Assembly (NCBI GenBank): GCA_030603365.1 | Contig: JAUVXV010000003.1 | Span: 192,001 to 256,000 of the forward strand | Length of the DNA: 64,000 nucleotides | Direction of reading: 5' to 3' | DNA from: Candidatus Heimdallarchaeota archaeon | GTDB taxonomy: Archaea > Asgardarchaeota > Heimdallarchaeia > Heimdallarchaeales > Heimdallarchaeaceae | Shown: in pieces, positions 62,591 through 64,000 of the stretch | Layout: every line of letters begins with the position of its first letter | Position numbering within the stretch: position 1 is the stretch's first letter | Program-made: the position numbers and the translations under genes | Notes under the pieces: model-generated | Databases searched by the model: none | The model's input: only the letters and a program-made list of their open reading frames with translations | Told to the model about the DNA's origin: nothing

Positions 62591-63082
62591 TTAAACCGTA
62601 GGCACAGTTACTATATTCAGAAGTATGAATGCAATAAGTAATCCATATATTGCTAAAGCCTCACCTAAACCCAGATATATCAAGTTTGGAGTGAAAACTT
62701 CTGAGTTTGCTGTGATAGAACCAATGGCTGCAGGTTCTCCTTTTGCTAGAGTTATTGCTGCTCCTAAATTTGATACTACCATGATAAACATAGCTGCAAT
62801 GAAAATCCAACCATACTCTGGTTTAAAATCAGTCAGTTCAAATGTTCCATCAAGGTAAGGTTGTATCTTTGTATACATTACAAAGGCAATAAGCAATCCA
62901 TATATTGCTAATGCTTCTGCTAAAGCCAGATAGATTAGAATAAAGATATTCAACTTTTGTTTCTCGGCTACCGCTGCTGCTGCTGCTTGAACTCCCTTTG
63001 ATAAAGGTATTCCTGCACCTAATATTGTGAGCATTGTTCCTGCAATTCCTATGATTCCTAAAACATATCCTTCAACTGCCAT
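62591..63082 (-). CDS. atpK: A/V-type ATPase proteolipid subunit K (duplicated, 4 TM)
   Basis: Two hairpins, each with EALAIYGLLIAF. Confidence 0.92.
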   Translation of the reverse strand: MAVEGYVLGIIGIAGTMLTILGAGIPLSKGVQAAAAAVAEKQKLNIFILIYLALAEALAIYGLLIAFVMYTKIQPYLDGTFELTDFKPEYGWIFIAAMFIMVVSNLGAAITLAKGEPAAIGSITANSEVFTPNLIYLGLGEALAIYGLLIAFILLNIVTVPTV

Positions 63083-64000
63083 ATTTACTCAAATCCATTT
63101 TTTTATTGAATACGAAGATTGGTTTATGTTGTATACCACTTCCTTCGTAAAATTTACTAAAGAACTCATAAAAGTGTAATCTTAAAGTTTGAACGAATAC
63201 TAGTAACCCCTCTAATACCAACACAAAGATATTCCCTATTATCAGAATCAAGATTTTCAATCCTATGAAACCCACTTGTTCAGTTAATGCATTAATCACA
63301 CTAAGGAAAACTACATGTGCAACTAGCATTGCTAGCATTCTTCCATATGAAATTGTGTTACTAATAAATGTACTAAAAGATTCTAAAAGATGTATTACTC
63401 CCATCCCTATACCGCTTAAGAAATTACGCATAATGTTTTGCCTTTTTTTCTTAAAAAGGATACTTACAATTCCTTGTCCAAACAAGGTTAAACCAACGCC
63501 TACGGAAACAGATACAAGTCCGATTAGTACGAAACCTTCATTTTCTGGGTTTATTCCTAAATCTAGAATCCCAAGAGATGTTAGAAAATAGATGATTGCT
63601 GCATAAAGGAAAAATTGAGCTGTTGTATCTTTCAATAGTTCATCAAATTCTTTTTTTCTTATCTGATTGACAACTTTGAGCATCAACCCTAAAACAATGT
63701 GAATAGAACCAATAATTAGCGTTAGATTAAAGACTTGAACTAAATCACCTACAGGTTCTATAAAGGGATATTCCAATCCGAAAAGGTATACTGGATCATG
63801 ATGACCCGGTCCTGTAATTCCCAATAAATCTGTGATGTGAGCACCAAATGCTTCTCCAAAAATGAATCCCATAATAGATGACATAATTCCTATTATCATT
63901 ACAAGTAAGAACATTTGCCTAATACTCTTCTTCAACCCTCTTGCAAGCACACCCATTAAACCAATAATAAATAAAATCATTCCATGCCCCAGATCCCCAA
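63072..64000 (-). CDS. atpI: A/V-type ATPase subunit I (5' part outside the window)
   Basis: GFIFGEAFG; SNTISYGRMLAMLVAH with the essential Arg; EGL...LRLHFYEFFSKFY. Confidence 0.93.
   Translation of the reverse strand, partial: GDLGHGMILFIIGLMGVLARGLKKSIRQMFLLVMIIGIMSSIMGFIFGEAFGAHITDLLGITGPGHHDPVYLFGLEYPFIEPVGDLVQVFNLTLIIGSIHIVLGLMLKVVNQIRKKEFDELLKDTTAQFFLYAAIIYFLTSLGILDLGINPENEGFVLIGLVSVSVGVGLTLFGQGIVSILFKKKRQNIMRNFLSGIGMGVIHLLESFSTFISNTISYGRMLAMLVAHVVFLSVINALTEQVGFIGLKILILIIGNIFVLVLEGLLVFVQTLRLHFYEFFSKFYEGSGIQHKPIFVFNKKMDLSKYGS

Noticed and set aside
660-63591. Many 60-140 aa ORFs antisense or out-of-frame within long CDS (e.g. 4970, 9607, 24380, 26665, 35797, 37788, 63265)
   Set aside because: Shadow ORFs of well-supported genes, without motifs

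Overview
AT-rich (roughly one-third GC by eye), gene-dense archaeal DNA. It is most consistent with an Asgard archaeon, probably Heimdallarchaeia-like; this is an inference from an Asgard-type profilin, TPR-longin proteins, multi-PAS REC-kinases, an archaeal ATP-dependent ligase, a tungsten AOR and A/V-ATPase genes. About 50 CDS cover metabolism, two-component signalling, transport and repeat-rich surface proteins. I found no tRNA, rRNA, CRISPR array or transposase. Three things stand out. (1) A cluster at 50.2-60.4 kb of eukaryote-like and membrane-remodelling genes: a CdvA-like coiled-coil/triple PRC-barrel protein divergent from profilin, a cytoplasmic IFT52-like GIFT-domain protein, a MinD/ParA ATPase and two YdjG-like Zn-ribbon membrane proteins. 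(2) A GC-rich, TATA-preceded structured RNA candidate of about 220-280 nt at 32.8-33.07 kb with mutually exclusive pairings. (3) An A/V-ATPase locus in which the subunit C gene lies antisense between K and H and overlaps H head-to-head. Homology calls rest on motifs recognised by eye or recalled from memory; no database searches were run.
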